DNA of 64,000 nt from Chthonomonadales bacterium (GCA_049967475.1 JBMFSQ010000011.1:1-64000); one strand, 5' to 3'. Counted from the stretch's first letter, positions 7,067 to 17,785 are shown. Translations and numbers: made by a program. Notes: generated from the letters alone by a model not told the origin.

Positions 7067-8848
7067 TCAATCGGCCTTGTACCGGTAATTGAACCTCGCG
7101 ATCGGCGCTACGTTCCCGGAGAGGTAAAAATCCATCACGTCCCCCGGATGCTGGCAGTGATCCACCCATTTGAAATCGAGCTCGATTTTCGTCGTGCCGC
7201 GCTTCAACCCAAGGGCGCTTCTAGGAATGGCAATCTGCATTTCGTTGCCCTTGACGCGATACGACACGAGAGCCACGCGCCGCCAGTTCCAGCCGCCGAC
7301 GTTCTTCTCCAACCACGTTCGCCCATCACTCTGGACCTCTCTGTTAACGATGAAGTCGTAGCCTTCCCAGCCCGTCGCATGGTTGCGGTCCACATCTATC
7401 AGAAGCCACATCCAGTTGGGGTCTGTATACGGTGTGATGGGCTTTCTAGTTCGTGCGTAGAAATAGACGTTCGTTTTGTCCCGAGCTACCTTCAGAAGGG
7501 CGAATTCGTTTCGGCCGGTGTCATTGGTGTAGTGGGTTCCGCCGACGCCGTCGAAATCACGGGGAAGCGTCCCTCCGCGCTCAGCAGTGAAGGCAGGCTC
7601 GACCGCCTTCCATTGGTCGAAGGAAGCCTGCACGCGGATGGTTTTGGGCGAGGAGGCACGGGGCAGGGGCGGCACTCCTTTGTAGCGGCGCACATTGGCC
7701 ACGAGCTGCCAGTAGTAATTGTCGGCGTGACCTCCCTTCATGGGCTCAATGTCTCTGCTGTACTCCTCGGTGAACTGATCCACAAAGACGATGGGCCCAT
7801 CCGGGTTGCCCCAGCGGCCTGCAATCCACTCGTTCCATCCTGTGACCATTACGAAGGGGGGATGAAGTTGGAAGGCACGCTTCCATTGCTCCTGGAAGTT
7901 ATATCCGTGAAGGACTGCACCGGGCGTAGTGTCCTCGAAGCCGTCATGGAAGCTTCTGCCACGGGCATCCCCGTTGCTCATGTTGGTGACCTTGCCGTCG
8001 CTCACGCGGAGGTTCTGGGCAACGGACACGTTTACCTCTTCCGGTTTGCTGGGATCATCGGTATATCCGTAGGGCTGGGGATAGGCAGCCTCCCAGTGCC
8101 ACGCGTATGGAGTGTTGACCATCTCGAAGGGCCAGTGTGCTTTGCGCAGCGTAAAGAACTGCTTGAGCTCCGGTGAGGCCTGGGCCGGATCACAGATCAT
8201 GAGAGGCTTGCCGTGCCACCGGAACCACAATTCAGGATAGAGGCCGGGTTTGTACAGTTCCTCATAGATCTTTTGGGCCGTCTTGCCGGCCTCGGTGTTC
8301 ACCATGAAAGCGATTTGCGGCGTGCGGCCGCCCTCTTCACGGATCTGACGGAACACGCGGCAAAGTTCCATGAACACCGGCGTATAGGTAACGGCGTTGG
8401 TGGTGTCGAAGATGAGCGTGTCTACGCCGGCATCAGCCAGAAGCTGAGCATGGCGCCGAAGCACCCAGGGATCCGTCGCCAAATAATAGCCGTAGAGCGG
8501 CTCACCCCAATAGTGAAACATCCCAATGGGTCCCCACAGAGGGGAATGCGGCTTTTTCAGCGCGTCGGGATCGGCGGCGAGGATCCTGGACACGTCATAG
8601 GGGCCATCCCAGTTCGGGCTCTTGCCGCCGCGGTTATCGTGCCAAAGAAAGTAGAAAATGCCCACAAATCGGCCGCTCTTTGGGGGGCCTACCTCGCCGG
8701 CATCGGGCAAAGTGCGCCCAAGTTCGTCTGTAGCCGGCCAAGGCACTCCCGGGTTGATCTGCGCATCGGCGCCTTGCGTCATCATCGCACCGCACACAAA
8801 CACCAGTGCCACCACTGCCGCCATCCACGAAGTCCATCCGGATACCAT
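7067..8848 (-). CDS. Secreted glycoside hydrolase (GH99/GH71-like)
   Basis: Signal peptide; VGIFYFLWH, HYWGEPLYGYY, AGVDTLIFDTTN, VTGWNEW, SRDIEP. Confidence 0.75.
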   Translation of the reverse strand: MVSGWTSWMAAVVALVFVCGAMMTQGADAQINPGVPWPATDELGRTLPDAGEVGPPKSGRFVGIFYFLWHDNRGGKSPNWDGPYDVSRILAADPDALKKPHSPLWGPIGMFHYWGEPLYGYYLATDPWVLRRHAQLLADAGVDTLIFDTTNAVTYTPVFMELCRVFRQIREEGGRTPQIAFMVNTEAGKTAQKIYEELYKPGLYPELWFRWHGKPLMICDPAQASPELKQFFTLRKAHWPFEMVNTPYAWHWEAAYPQPYGYTDDPSKPEEVNVSVAQNLRVSDGKVTNMSNGDARGRSFHDGFEDTTPGAVLHGYNFQEQWKRAFQLHPPFVMVTGWNEWIAGRWGNPDGPIVFVDQFTEEYSRDIEPMKGGHADNYYWQLVANVRRYKGVPPLPRASSPKTIRVQASFDQWKAVEPAFTAERGGTLPRDFDGVGGTHYTNDTGRNEFALLKVARDKTNVYFYARTRKPITPYTDPNWMWLLIDVDRNHATGWEGYDFIVNREVQSDGRTWLEKNVGGWNWRRVALVSYRVKGNEMQIAIPRSALGLKRGTTKIELDFKWVDHCQHPGDVMDFYLSGNVAPIARFNYRYKAD

Positions 8849-9027
8849 GTTTTGAACCCTCCACACCCGCCATACGCTGCCTTCGCCAAACGTCCCGGCG
8901 TCTGCAGCTCCCTGCCGCCTCGTACGTAAGTATTCCTGACCCCGACACGGTTTCCCTGCCGAAGAGCGGCCCCTTGCTTGGATCCGGGTATTCCAGCGGC
9001 AAATTCGCGGGCGGCCTGGAAGTTCTT

Positions 9028-9885
9028 TTAGCGGCTGCGGACCGCGTTCGATCCAAAGGACCCCCGGGGAAAGTCCCTTCGGTACAGGCGGGTAAGCAGA
9101 GAGACGTCGTTGGGGATGAGATAGATGCAGCCCTTGAGCCGCTTGGTTTCACCAGGCTGCAGACCTCCAATGCGAGGGTCCGCATGGATGCACACCAACA
9201 CGCCCTGAAACAGTTCCTGGGTACGGTCCCACGCAGTAGCCAAAATCCACCGGCCATCCGACGAGAAGCACCCGATGAGGCCGTTGGCGGGTCGGACCGT
9301 GGAGATGGGGCGCGGGTTCACATCTTCGGGGTTTACACCGGCGGGAACGTACACCTGGCCTCCCTTGTAGAGCGCTTCCTCCGCGCGGGGCAGATCCGAT
9401 AGATGCCGAAGGCCGTCATCGGTGAAGAGGAAGCACTGCTTGGTATACTCGTTCTGATCCGATCCGGTGAAGGATGCTACCTGAATGCAGGGCTGGAACC
9501 ATTCCACATCCGCGTATTGCGACCCTGCGTTCCGTACGGTCAGCTCGAAGAGCACCCCTTCCCGCCTGGCTCGGATGCGGTGCAGAACTTCCACATGGCC
9601 CGCGACCTCCGTGCGGAGACGCACTTCCTTGGCGGGCCCTGCGCCGTCAATGCGCGTGGTGTGATGCGGGATCACCGTGTCTTCCCACCGGCGCCCAGTA
9701 GATCCTCTCCGGCAGAAGGCCTCTAGGTAGAGGACCTCCACCCTGCCGCCGGGGAGAAGCGGCGAGAGGATGCTCAGCCGGTTGTCGCGCCAATCCAGTT
9801 GCAGCCGAAGATCCACAGATCCCGCGCCCTGCAGAAGATCACAGCCGGCTAGGATCGCAGCCAGAAGGTTTACCCACACCACCAC
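9028..9885 (-). CDS. Hypothetical secreted protein
   Basis: Long ORF with a hydrophobic N-terminus and RBS CAGGAG; start uncertain. Confidence 0.7.
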   Translation of the reverse strand: MVVWVNLLAAILAGCDLLQGAGSVDLRLQLDWRDNRLSILSPLLPGGRVEVLYLEAFCRRGSTGRRWEDTVIPHHTTRIDGAGPAKEVRLRTEVAGHVEVLHRIRARREGVLFELTVRNAGSQYADVEWFQPCIQVASFTGSDQNEYTKQCFLFTDDGLRHLSDLPRAEEALYKGGQVYVPAGVNPEDVNPRPISTVRPANGLIGCFSSDGRWILATAWDRTQELFQGVLVCIHADPRIGGLQPGETKRLKGCIYLIPNDVSLLTRLYRRDFPRGSFGSNAVRSR

Positions 9886-9914
9886 AACCACCTCCTGCAC
9901 AGAGTGGCGGCCTC

Positions 9915-10751
9915 TCAAGACGCAGGCTTTTGTGCTGCTGCGTGCATGCGCCGCGCACACCGGAACATGGCACGATAACCGGGGTCGTCCATGGGCGTCA
10001 CGATGACGCCGAAGGCTCCGGCGCTATGGATGAAGCGCCCGTCACCCAGGCACATACCCACGTGCGTTATGCCCTCGCGGTCCATGCCAGTGCCGCTGCC
10101 GAAGAAAAGGAGATCGCCCCCTTGAGCGTCGCCGAGGTCCACTTCCTCGAAGGCGTTAGAGGCAGCCTGTTCGTGGGCGTCTCGCGGGATCGTCGTGCCG
10201 CAGAGCCAGTACAACCGCTGGACGAAGCCGGAGCAATCCATGCCGAAGGGCGTGCGGCCGCCCCACAGGTAGGGTACACCGATCAGCTTTCTCGCGGCTT
10301 CCACCAGACTTCGCCCAAGGTCCTTGGCCGGTGCCGGCGGGTCCGTTAGCCCCGATGCCGCCACGTACGCTATGCGCCCGTCAGGAAGTTTCACGCTGCA
10401 ATAGCCCGGCGCCGCATCCGGCTGGACTACTTCCAAAAGGGTCCCGAGCGTTAGGAGTGTGATGCGTTCGGACCCCTCCGATGGTTGGGGCAGCACCGGC
10501 AGAAAGAGAGAAGCTACGGCAGCGGCGCGCGAAGCTTCCGGGTAGGCCCCGCCGCCCGACAGCGGCGCCAAATGCTTCTGGAGGACCCACCCTTCGTAGG
10601 CATCCGGAGTTTGGATGCGCACATACGCGCCGCTCTGGCCCACGATGCGGACGGTTTCCCCAAAGATTGCCTGGCTCACCTGTTCGGCTTCGCCGCTCGG
10701 TTCCGCGCGCATGGGACACACATTGTGGATCACCACGCCTCTCCCTTCCAT
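9915..10751 (-). CDS. SH3 + NlpC/P60 (C40) cell-wall peptidase
   Basis: GVPYLWGGRTPFGMDCSGFV, PRDAHEQ, THVG...FIHS; RBS AGGAGAG. Confidence 0.92.
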   Translation of the reverse strand: MEGRGVVIHNVCPMRAEPSGEAEQVSQAIFGETVRIVGQSGAYVRIQTPDAYEGWVLQKHLAPLSGGGAYPEASRAAAVASLFLPVLPQPSEGSERITLLTLGTLLEVVQPDAAPGYCSVKLPDGRIAYVAASGLTDPPAPAKDLGRSLVEAARKLIGVPYLWGGRTPFGMDCSGFVQRLYWLCGTTIPRDAHEQAASNAFEEVDLGDAQGGDLLFFGSGTGMDREGITHVGMCLGDGRFIHSAGAFGVIVTPMDDPGYRAMFRCARRMHAAAQKPAS

Positions 10752-10904
10752 ATTTCCGTGCCTCTCCTGAACGGGAGTGGAAGTGCAATCTTCGGAATCC
10801 ATGTATCTTACCATACAGCGTTCGGCACCGGCAGAACCGGCGCAGGAGAACCGCCCGGTAACAGCGAAGCGATCCTGCAGGTAGTTCCTGGAGGTTCTCA
10901 ACAT

Positions 10905-13900
10905 ATGGCTGGGTTTTTGCTGATTGCCGGATTGGCTTCGGTGCTTCTCTGTGCGGTTTCGGGCGCGCAAGGCGACCCACTGGTGGTGGTGCTTCGAGGC
11001 GCCCGGCGCGAAAGCATGGTGGTAAGTCAGGTGCACGTCCCACGCCGCCTCTTGGGCGACTGCCTTGTGGGCGCTGCGCAGAATGCCGACGGTGCGGTCC
11101 CCTTCCAAATAGTTCCCGATGCGGTGCAGAGTGCGCGCGGCATTGCGGTGATGCGAGCTCCGGTCAGCGGGGACATCAGCCTAACCTTGGCTTCAACGCA
11201 GTTCCAGCGGCCCCGGCGGATTACTGCCCCATGTGAGGTCGTCGTGGGATCTTCCCTCGTTCAGATGGATCCCAGCCGGATGGCAGGCTTCCCAAACTCC
11301 ATTCGGCTGGGAGACGGAAAGACCCTTTCGTCTTTTACATGGAACGACCGCCTTTACCGGCCCGGCGCCGGAGGCTTCCTGCTGCGGAACGATCGCAATG
11401 CCACGCTCGAACTGCTGTGCGAAGGGCCCCTTTGCAGCGTCTATCGCGTTCGGGCAGCGTACTGTGACGAAGACGGCCGCCGCGCTCCCGGGAATGCCGA
11501 CGCAGTGTACGACTGGTACTTCTTCAGGGATGCTCCTATTGCCTTTGTCACCGGCATCGTCCGCCAGGCTGCGCCGGAAGCCTGGAGCGAACTGCACTTT
11601 CTGGAGTGGAACTTTTCCGGGAACGACTTTGCACGCTATGCAGGAGGCAATCCCGTGGAGGAAGGCGCGCTGGACGGCCGGCGGGAGAGCCGCCTCTTCT
11701 CTTCATGGGCCGCGTTGACGGCCGGCAACCACGCAGTGGGCATGTTTGGAGGCCTCATACGGATGTACGACGGCCGTGGCGAATACGGTACGTACCTTCA
11801 TGCTGCGTGGACGAGTTTTCAGGGTGGAGAGGCGCGCTTCTCCGCATGGCTCTGGATGGGCGAAGCGCCGGATCCTGTTGCGCGCATTCGCCATGCTGCG
11901 GATGCACTCTCTGCGCAGCCGAGGGTAGCCATCAGCACCCGTGCGGTGCACCGCGCAGTGCAGCTCTCCGAACAGGCTGCCGAACGCGCAACAGGCACCG
12001 CGCGCCTGATGCGGGGATGGATGAGCGCGCTGGCCCGGCAGGCCGAGTTGGAGGGGAGCCTCGAGGATGCGCGTACCCTTGCCTCCGGCGCCGTGCCCCA
12101 AGGGTGGAGGCTCGTGCGTGCAGGCGACCTTGGAATTGCTTTCTCTTCAGGGGGAGGGTCTATCCGCCTCCATTCCGTCTACGATCTGCGGCGCAGGCTG
12201 GAACTTGCTGCTTCGGAACAGCCTCCGCTCTTTGCGCTCACAATTCGCCAAAACAAGACTGGGCCGGATATCAATGTCACAGCGGATGCGGGATGGTCCT
12301 CAACGCAGATTACCAAGGCAGGCAACGATTGGGTGCTCCGCTGGAAAGGCTTGCGCTTTCCGGATCTTCCGAAGTTCTCAGTGATTGCTAGGCTCACTCC
12401 CGATGCTGCCGCCAACCGAGTGGATTGGACTTTTCACGTGGAAACTCCGCCGGGCGGTCCATCCATATGGCGCGTGGATTTTCCCCAAATTGGAGTGGCG
12501 GACTTGGGCTCGAACGGCGCCGTGCTCTACCCCGCTGGACCCGGTGTAGAGCACACGGATCCGTGGAACCATCCTCTCACGTACCTCGGCCAGTATCCGG
12601 GCGGGTGGTGCAGCATGCCCCTCCTCGCCGCATACCGCAAAGGTCCGGACGCCGCCGGGCTCTATTTCGCCGTCCATGACGCATGGGGAAGCATCAAGGA
12701 CGTGTCTGCCCAATCGGATGCTGCAAGCCGCGCCGTGATCCTCTCCTACCACACCCCGGCCCCCAATCGAGGAGTGCCCGGCAACGGATATACCCAGAGT
12801 GGGAAAGCCGTGTGGGCCCTGCTCCGCGGCGATTGGTTCGATGCTGCCCAAATGTACCGCCATTGGGTGATGCGGCACGCGCGATGGTGGCCAAAGATCG
12901 GGCACGCCGGCAGGCCGGACACGCCTCTTTGGATGCGCCGATTGGCAGTATGGGCCGTGGGCGGGGGAGCACCATCCGAGTGCGTACCCCTTGTGAAGCG
13001 CTTCGCTCAGGCGATGGGAACGCCAACAGGTTTCCATTGGTATAATTGGCACTCCAACCCCTTCGATAACGACTATCCTCACTACTTTCCCACGAAGCCG
13101 GGCGTGGCAGAAGGGGTGAAGGAGCTTCAGCGGGCCGGTGTGAAGGTGATGCCGTACATCAACGGCAGGCTTTGGGACACTCGCGACCGGGGTTTGGAGG
13201 ATTGGGAATTCACGAGCCGCGCCCTCCCCGCGGCATGCAAGGATGCTGCAGGCAAGCCCATCATAGAGAGTTACGGGAGCAAGGAAAGCGACGGGAGCCC
13301 TGTGCGCCTCGCCGTCATGTGCCCAACAACGCATTTGTGGCAGAGCGTCATCGCCGATCTCGTGTCCCGCCTGTTCCAGGAGGTCGGCGTGGATGGCGTG
13401 TACATTGACCAAGTGGCAGCCGCCTACCCCGCTCTTTGTATGGATCCCACCCACGGCCATCCCCTCGGAGGAGGCCACTGGTGGAACGAGGGGTACTGGA
13501 AGCTCGTCGGCGCCATCAAAGCAGCTAAACCGAAGGATCGAATGCTCACAACGGAATGCAATGCGGAACCCTTCATCAACGTCTTCGATGGGTACCTCAC
13601 CTGGCACTGGCAGATGAACGGAATGGTGCCGGCCTTCCCGGCAGTCTATGGCGGTGCAATCCAGATGTTTGGGCGCAATTATGCAGGAGGGCCGCAGAAA
13701 GATCTCGCCTTGCGCATGAAGGCGGGGCAGCAACTCGTATTTGGAGAACAGATCGGCTGGATCAACCCTGCCGTGGTAGACGAACCCGAGAACATCGCCT
13801 TCCTCAAGCAGATCGTCGCCATGCGCAGAAAGCTGGCACCGTGGTTCTATGCCGGCCGCATGCTCCGCCCCCCGTCCATCGAGGGGCAGACCACCACGGT

Positions 13901-14195
13901 CACTGCGGATTGGCAATGGGGAGGCGTCGCCATGGTCACAACGCCGCAGGTGCTTACGGGAGCATGGAAGAGGCTGGATGGAACATCCATTGCTTTGATC
14001 TTCGTGAACGTAGGGGATGAACCGGCCCAGGTGGCATTCCGTGCGAACTGGAGCGAGTACGGGTTGCCGCGCCGCTTCCTTTTTAACGAAGTCGGGCAGG
14101 GCAGTGCAGTGGAGCTTCGCTCTCGAGCACTGCAGCACCTGGTGATCCCCGCCCGCGCGGTACGGGCATTCATCGCGCAGGCGCCGTCGCATTGA
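10905..14195 (+). CDS. Large secreted DUF6259-like putative glycoside hydrolase
   Basis: Signal peptide after RBS GGAGG; HWYNWH..PFDNDYPHYFP, MPYINGRLWD, DGVYIDQV, TTECNAEP. Confidence 0.75.
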   Translation: MAGFLLIAGLASVLLCAVSGAQGDPLVVVLRGARRESMVVSQVHVPRRLLGDCLVGAAQNADGAVPFQIVPDAVQSARGIAVMRAPVSGDISLTLASTQFQRPRRITAPCEVVVGSSLVQMDPSRMAGFPNSIRLGDGKTLSSFTWNDRLYRPGAGGFLLRNDRNATLELLCEGPLCSVYRVRAAYCDEDGRRAPGNADAVYDWYFFRDAPIAFVTGIVRQAAPEAWSELHFLEWNFSGNDFARYAGGNPVEEGALDGRRESRLFSSWAALTAGNHAVGMFGGLIRMYDGRGEYGTYLHAAWTSFQGGEARFSAWLWMGEAPDPVARIRHAADALSAQPRVAISTRAVHRAVQLSEQAAERATGTARLMRGWMSALARQAELEGSLEDARTLASGAVPQGWRLVRAGDLGIAFSSGGGSIRLHSVYDLRRRLELAASEQPPLFALTIRQNKTGPDINVTADAGWSSTQITKAGNDWVLRWKGLRFPDLPKFSVIARLTPDAAANRVDWTFHVETPPGGPSIWRVDFPQIGVADLGSNGAVLYPAGPGVEHTDPWNHPLTYLGQYPGGWCSMPLLAAYRKGPDAAGLYFAVHDAWGSIKDVSAQSDAASRAVILSYHTPAPNRGVPGNGYTQSGKAVWALLRGDWFDAAQMYRHWVMRHARWWPKIGHAGRPDTPLWMRRLAVWAVGGGAPSECVPLVKRFAQAMGTPTGFHWYNWHSNPFDNDYPHYFPTKPGVAEGVKELQRAGVKVMPYINGRLWDTRDRGLEDWEFTSRALPAACKDAAGKPIIESYGSKESDGSPVRLAVMCPTTHLWQSVIADLVSRLFQEVGVDGVYIDQVAAAYPALCMDPTHGHPLGGGHWWNEGYWKLVGAIKAAKPKDRMLTTECNAEPFINVFDGYLTWHWQMNGMVPAFPAVYGGAIQMFGRNYAGGPQKDLALRMKAGQQLVFGEQIGWINPAVVDEPENIAFLKQIVAMRRKLAPWFYAGRMLRPPSIEGQTTTVTADWQWGGVAMVTTPQVLTGAWKRLDGTSIALIFVNVGDEPAQVAFRANWSEYGLPRRFLFNEVGQGSAVELRSRALQHLVIPARAVRAFIAQAPSH

Positions 14196-14224
14196 TCGCA
14201 CAGTACAGAGGGCAACAGGCAAAC

Positions 14225-14611
14225 ATGTCACAACGATGGATGGCGGCAGGCTCGCTGGGTGGGATGATCGGAGTGATGCTGGGCGCTTTCGGTGCCCATG
14301 CGCTCAAAGGACATCTTCCGCCGGCAAGCCTAGAGCTGTGGGACACCGCCGTACGCTACCAGATGACGCACAGTGTGGTGCTGCTGTTTGTGGGGCTCAT
14401 GGCGGCAAGACACCCGCAAAGCGCAACCCTCGCTTGGAGTGCACGAATGATGATTTCCGGCATCCTGCTTTTCAGCGGAAGCCTCTATCTGCTGGCGGCT
14501 TTCGGGGCGCGCTGGCTGGGTGCCGTTACTCCTCTTGGGGGCATCTGCTTCATCCTCGGCTGGCTCCTGCTCCTAGGCGCATCCGGCAGTGCGGCCTTTC
14601 ATGAGCCCTGA
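14225..14611 (+). CDS. DUF423 family membrane protein
   Basis: GAFGAHAL, TAVRYQMTH, LFSGSLY, GAVTPLGG. Confidence 0.92.
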   Translation: MSQRWMAAGSLGGMIGVMLGAFGAHALKGHLPPASLELWDTAVRYQMTHSVVLLFVGLMAARHPQSATLAWSARMMISGILLFSGSLYLLAAFGARWLGAVTPLGGICFILGWLLLLGASGSAAFHEP

Positions 14612-15037
14612 TTGCCCACGCTCATGAAATTCCGTTGGGTCAAATCCCGGCTGCTATGGAACAACATTCCACGGCAAACGTCTTAAGAGCTGGAACCTGG
14701 TGCACCGTTCCAGCGTACAGACAACTGCATAGCGGCGAGCGCGGGGCGGGCCCGATGGTCCGAACCGCGGCAAAACCAAATAGCGTTAGCCGTGCGCGGC
14801 CCAGAAGTTTGTCGCGCCCGGCTCCAAACCGGGAGCGCCCGGTGTCGGCCCTGCTGGGCCCATCCCGGGAAGCTCGTTGAGATAGCGGGGGTCCCAAATG
14901 GGATCCCCGCTTGGCGTCCCGGTGTACCGTGGGTGGCGGCGGCAAGGATCCATTCCCGGTACCATGGCCGGTAAGTCCGCTTGGTGGTCCTGCACAGAAT
15001 TCAACAGATGCAGGCAACGAAAGGTTCGCGACCGGAG

Positions 15038-16870
15038 ATGAGAGATCAGCCCCCGACGGCGCAGATCGCTACGGCCACGATTGCGGCGGGGATCGCCGGA
15101 TGGATGGCTGCTCACTGGACCAGCCCTTCCGGAACATTTCACACCGCGCCCGTCGTGGCGGTCGCTTCGGCAGTGCTGCTTCTGGGCGTGATCCTTTCAC
15201 GCCGCGCAGCCGCAGATTGTGCGCGCAAAGCAGAGCTGCGCTTGGAGAACGCGCGCGCTGAGGGTAAGCGGCTGTGCCTTGACCTTGCCGGATCCCTCGC
15301 ATGCATCATCGAAGCGAAAGCCGGATATGACCTGGGCCATGTAGTGCGCGTGCAGGTGTACTGTTCTGAAATCTGCAAGGAATTGCATACAGACGAAGAC
15401 ACCGAGCAGGCTGTAAGTGCTGCAGCCCTCATGCATGAGATCGGCCGGCTCGGCATCTCCCACACCCTCCTGGTGAAGAGAGCAGATCTCACTCCCGAGG
15501 AATGGGAACGCATCCAGGAATATCCGCTGCTGGGAAGCCGCATCCTGGAAGCGATCCCTTTTCCGTGGCCTGTAGCTCAAATTGTACGGCATCATAAAGA
15601 GCGGCTGGACGGCAACGGTTACCCCGACGGCTTACGCGGCGAAGAGATCCCCTTTGGGGCGCGCATCCTTGCGGTTGCCGATGCCTACGATGCCATGGTG
15701 TCTCCACGCGCCTATCGGCCCAAACGTACTTCTGAAGAGGCTTTGGAACAGATACGCCAAGGCGCCGGATCCGCCTTCGACCCAACGATTGTAGAGGCTT
15801 TCCTCAAAGCCATAGACCGCGTCCAGACGCGCCTCGTGTCCGCTGGTTCATGGATCCTGCCGAGCGCGCCCAGCGAGGTTGCCGACGCCGCGCGGGAAGT
15901 CCATGCTCTCCAAGAACTTGCAGCATCGGTGAGCGCGAAGTTGAGCCTTGCGGACACCCTATCGGCCCTTTCCCTGCACCTCAGAGAACTGGTCCGCTAC
16001 TCCACATGCATCGTATACCTGCGTGAGGGCGATCTTTTGCGGGCATACGGAGCCTATGGCGTCAACGCTGCGCATTTCGAGCAAAGCGCAGCACGCATGG
16101 GAACCTATCTCACTGGTCGCGTTGCGTCGCGAGGCGAACCTGCTCTCGCATCCTATCTCGAAGGCGATGTGATGCTCGCTTCCACCCCCGAAGCCTGGAC
16201 GCCGCTTCGTTCCACCCTGGTTGTGCCCTTGCGGATAGATCATCGCATCATCGGTACCCTCAACCTCTACCACACCGAGCCCGATGCCTTCTCGCAGGAT
16301 GACCTTCGAATAGCTGCTCTCGTTGGGGAATTGGCAGCACGCGGCATCGAAAACGCCCGCATCTTCGAAAAGACGCGGGAATCGGCGTTTACGGACCCCA
16401 TCACCGGCCTGAGGAATGCGCGCTACCTGCGCCATTGCTTGGACCAGGAGCTGAACCGTGCACGCAAGAATGGGCACAACCTTGCCGTGCTGGGCATTGA
16501 TCTGGACCGCTTCAAAAGCGTAAACGACACCTTCGGGCACGAACGGGGCGACGAAGTGTTGCGTGACTTGGGCGCCCTCTTCGAACAGCATCTGCGCAAT
16601 TACGACGTGGTAGCGCGATACGCGGGCGATGAGTTCGTTATCGTCCTGCCCGAAACGAACCGCTCCGAAGCTCGCAGCGTTGTCCAAAAGATCGAGTCGG
16701 CTGTGCAGTCCTACGCCGCGGGCATTCAGCAGACTGAACCGGATTTCCCACCCTTGGGCGTGTCCATCGGCATCGCTGTATTCCCTGAGGATGGGGACAC
16801 GGCCAAAGACCTTCTTGCCGCAGCAGACCAGGAAATGTACCAATGCAAGAGGGGCCAGCGGGCCGCCTAG
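15038..16870 (+). CDS. Membrane-anchored HD-GYP + GAF + GGDEF protein
   Basis: Two TM segments, HHKERLDGNGYP, ARILAVADAYDAM, GAF, DLDRFKSVND...RYAGDEF; the start could be 14981 or 15008. Confidence 0.9.
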   Translation: MRDQPPTAQIATATIAAGIAGWMAAHWTSPSGTFHTAPVVAVASAVLLLGVILSRRAAADCARKAELRLENARAEGKRLCLDLAGSLACIIEAKAGYDLGHVVRVQVYCSEICKELHTDEDTEQAVSAAALMHEIGRLGISHTLLVKRADLTPEEWERIQEYPLLGSRILEAIPFPWPVAQIVRHHKERLDGNGYPDGLRGEEIPFGARILAVADAYDAMVSPRAYRPKRTSEEALEQIRQGAGSAFDPTIVEAFLKAIDRVQTRLVSAGSWILPSAPSEVADAAREVHALQELAASVSAKLSLADTLSALSLHLRELVRYSTCIVYLREGDLLRAYGAYGVNAAHFEQSAARMGTYLTGRVASRGEPALASYLEGDVMLASTPEAWTPLRSTLVVPLRIDHRIIGTLNLYHTEPDAFSQDDLRIAALVGELAARGIENARIFEKTRESAFTDPITGLRNARYLRHCLDQELNRARKNGHNLAVLGIDLDRFKSVNDTFGHERGDEVLRDLGALFEQHLRNYDVVARYAGDEFVIVLPETNRSEARSVVQKIESAVQSYAAGIQQTEPDFPPLGVSIGIAVFPEDGDTAKDLLAAADQEMYQCKRGQRAA

Positions 16871-16978
16871 CGGAAGCTCCCCTTTATCCCCAGCAGGCAG
16901 GAGGAGCGAAGGAATCCGGTCCCCTCCGGTTGAACTGACGCTTGTAGGCGAATGCGCATCCCTCCCAAGGAGAAACCC

Positions 16979-17731
16979 ATGGCTATTCCCATCGCGTTGC
17001 AACTCTATTCCGTCCGTGAGGACTGTGCAAAAGACCTCCCAGGCACTTTGGCCGCCGTCGCCAAAATGGGCTACAAAGGCGTGGAGTGGGCCGGATACTA
17101 CGGCCGCAGCGCCAAAGAGCTTCGCAAGATGTGCGATGACCTGGGGCTGAAGACGGTCGGAACCCATATCGGGCTGGACACACTCCTCGGCGATGAGCTC
17201 GAGAAGACCGTGGAGTTCAACCACACGTTAGGAAACAAGCACCTGATCGTGCCGGGTCTGCCGGCAGAGCGGACCAAATCTCGACAGGCGTGGCTCGACA
17301 CGGCGAAGATCTTCAACGAGATTGCCGAGCGCCTCCATGCTTTCGGGATGTTGACGGGTTACCACAACCACACCATCGAGTTCAAGCCTTTGGATGGCGA
17401 GTTGCCGTGGGACACGTTCTTCGGAAACACCCGGCAGGACGTCATCATGCAGTTTGACACCGGCAACGCCATGCACGGAGGCGCCGATCCTGTGCCCTTC
17501 CTCGAACGGTACCCCGGCCGCGCCATCACCGTGCACATCAAAGCCTTCTCCAAGACCAACGACAAGGCCCTCATAGGAGAAGACGATCTGCCGTGGGACC
17601 GCATCTTCCACATCTGCGAGACAACCGGCGGCACCGAGTGGTACATCGTCGAGCAGGAGAGCTACGCCTATCCACCCCTGGAATGCGTAGACCGAAGCCT
17701 CCAGAACCTCAGGAAGATGGGCAAGGCTTGA
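16979..17731 (+). CDS. Sugar phosphate isomerase/epimerase (TIM barrel)
   Basis: ALQLYSVRE, GYHNHTIEF, QFDTGN, HIK, YIVEQE; RBS AAGGAG. Confidence 0.92.
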   Translation: MAIPIALQLYSVREDCAKDLPGTLAAVAKMGYKGVEWAGYYGRSAKELRKMCDDLGLKTVGTHIGLDTLLGDELEKTVEFNHTLGNKHLIVPGLPAERTKSRQAWLDTAKIFNEIAERLHAFGMLTGYHNHTIEFKPLDGELPWDTFFGNTRQDVIMQFDTGNAMHGGADPVPFLERYPGRAITVHIKAFSKTNDKALIGEDDLPWDRIFHICETTGGTEWYIVEQESYAYPPLECVDRSLQNLRKMGKA

Positions 17732-17741
17732 TCCATGCCCG

Positions 17742-17785
17742 GGCTGGTGCGGAGGAACCTGTAACGGCGCCGCACCAGCCTTATT
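17742..17785 (+). terminator. Possible intrinsic terminator after the isomerase gene
   Basis: GGCTGGTGCGG...CCGCACCAGCC followed by TTATT. Confidence 0.45.

Noticed and set aside
10485..11108. Apparent head-to-head overlap of the NlpC/P60 and DUF6259 ORFs
   Set aside because: An artefact of longest-ORF starts; the RBS-supported starts at 10751 (-) and 10905 (+) do not overlap.
12378..14231. Long antisense ORFs (also 6965-8176, 15959-17224, 51208-52821, 55837-57309, 61470-62783)
   Set aside because: These are shadow ORFs opposite well-supported genes, as expected in high-GC DNA, and have no recognisable motifs.
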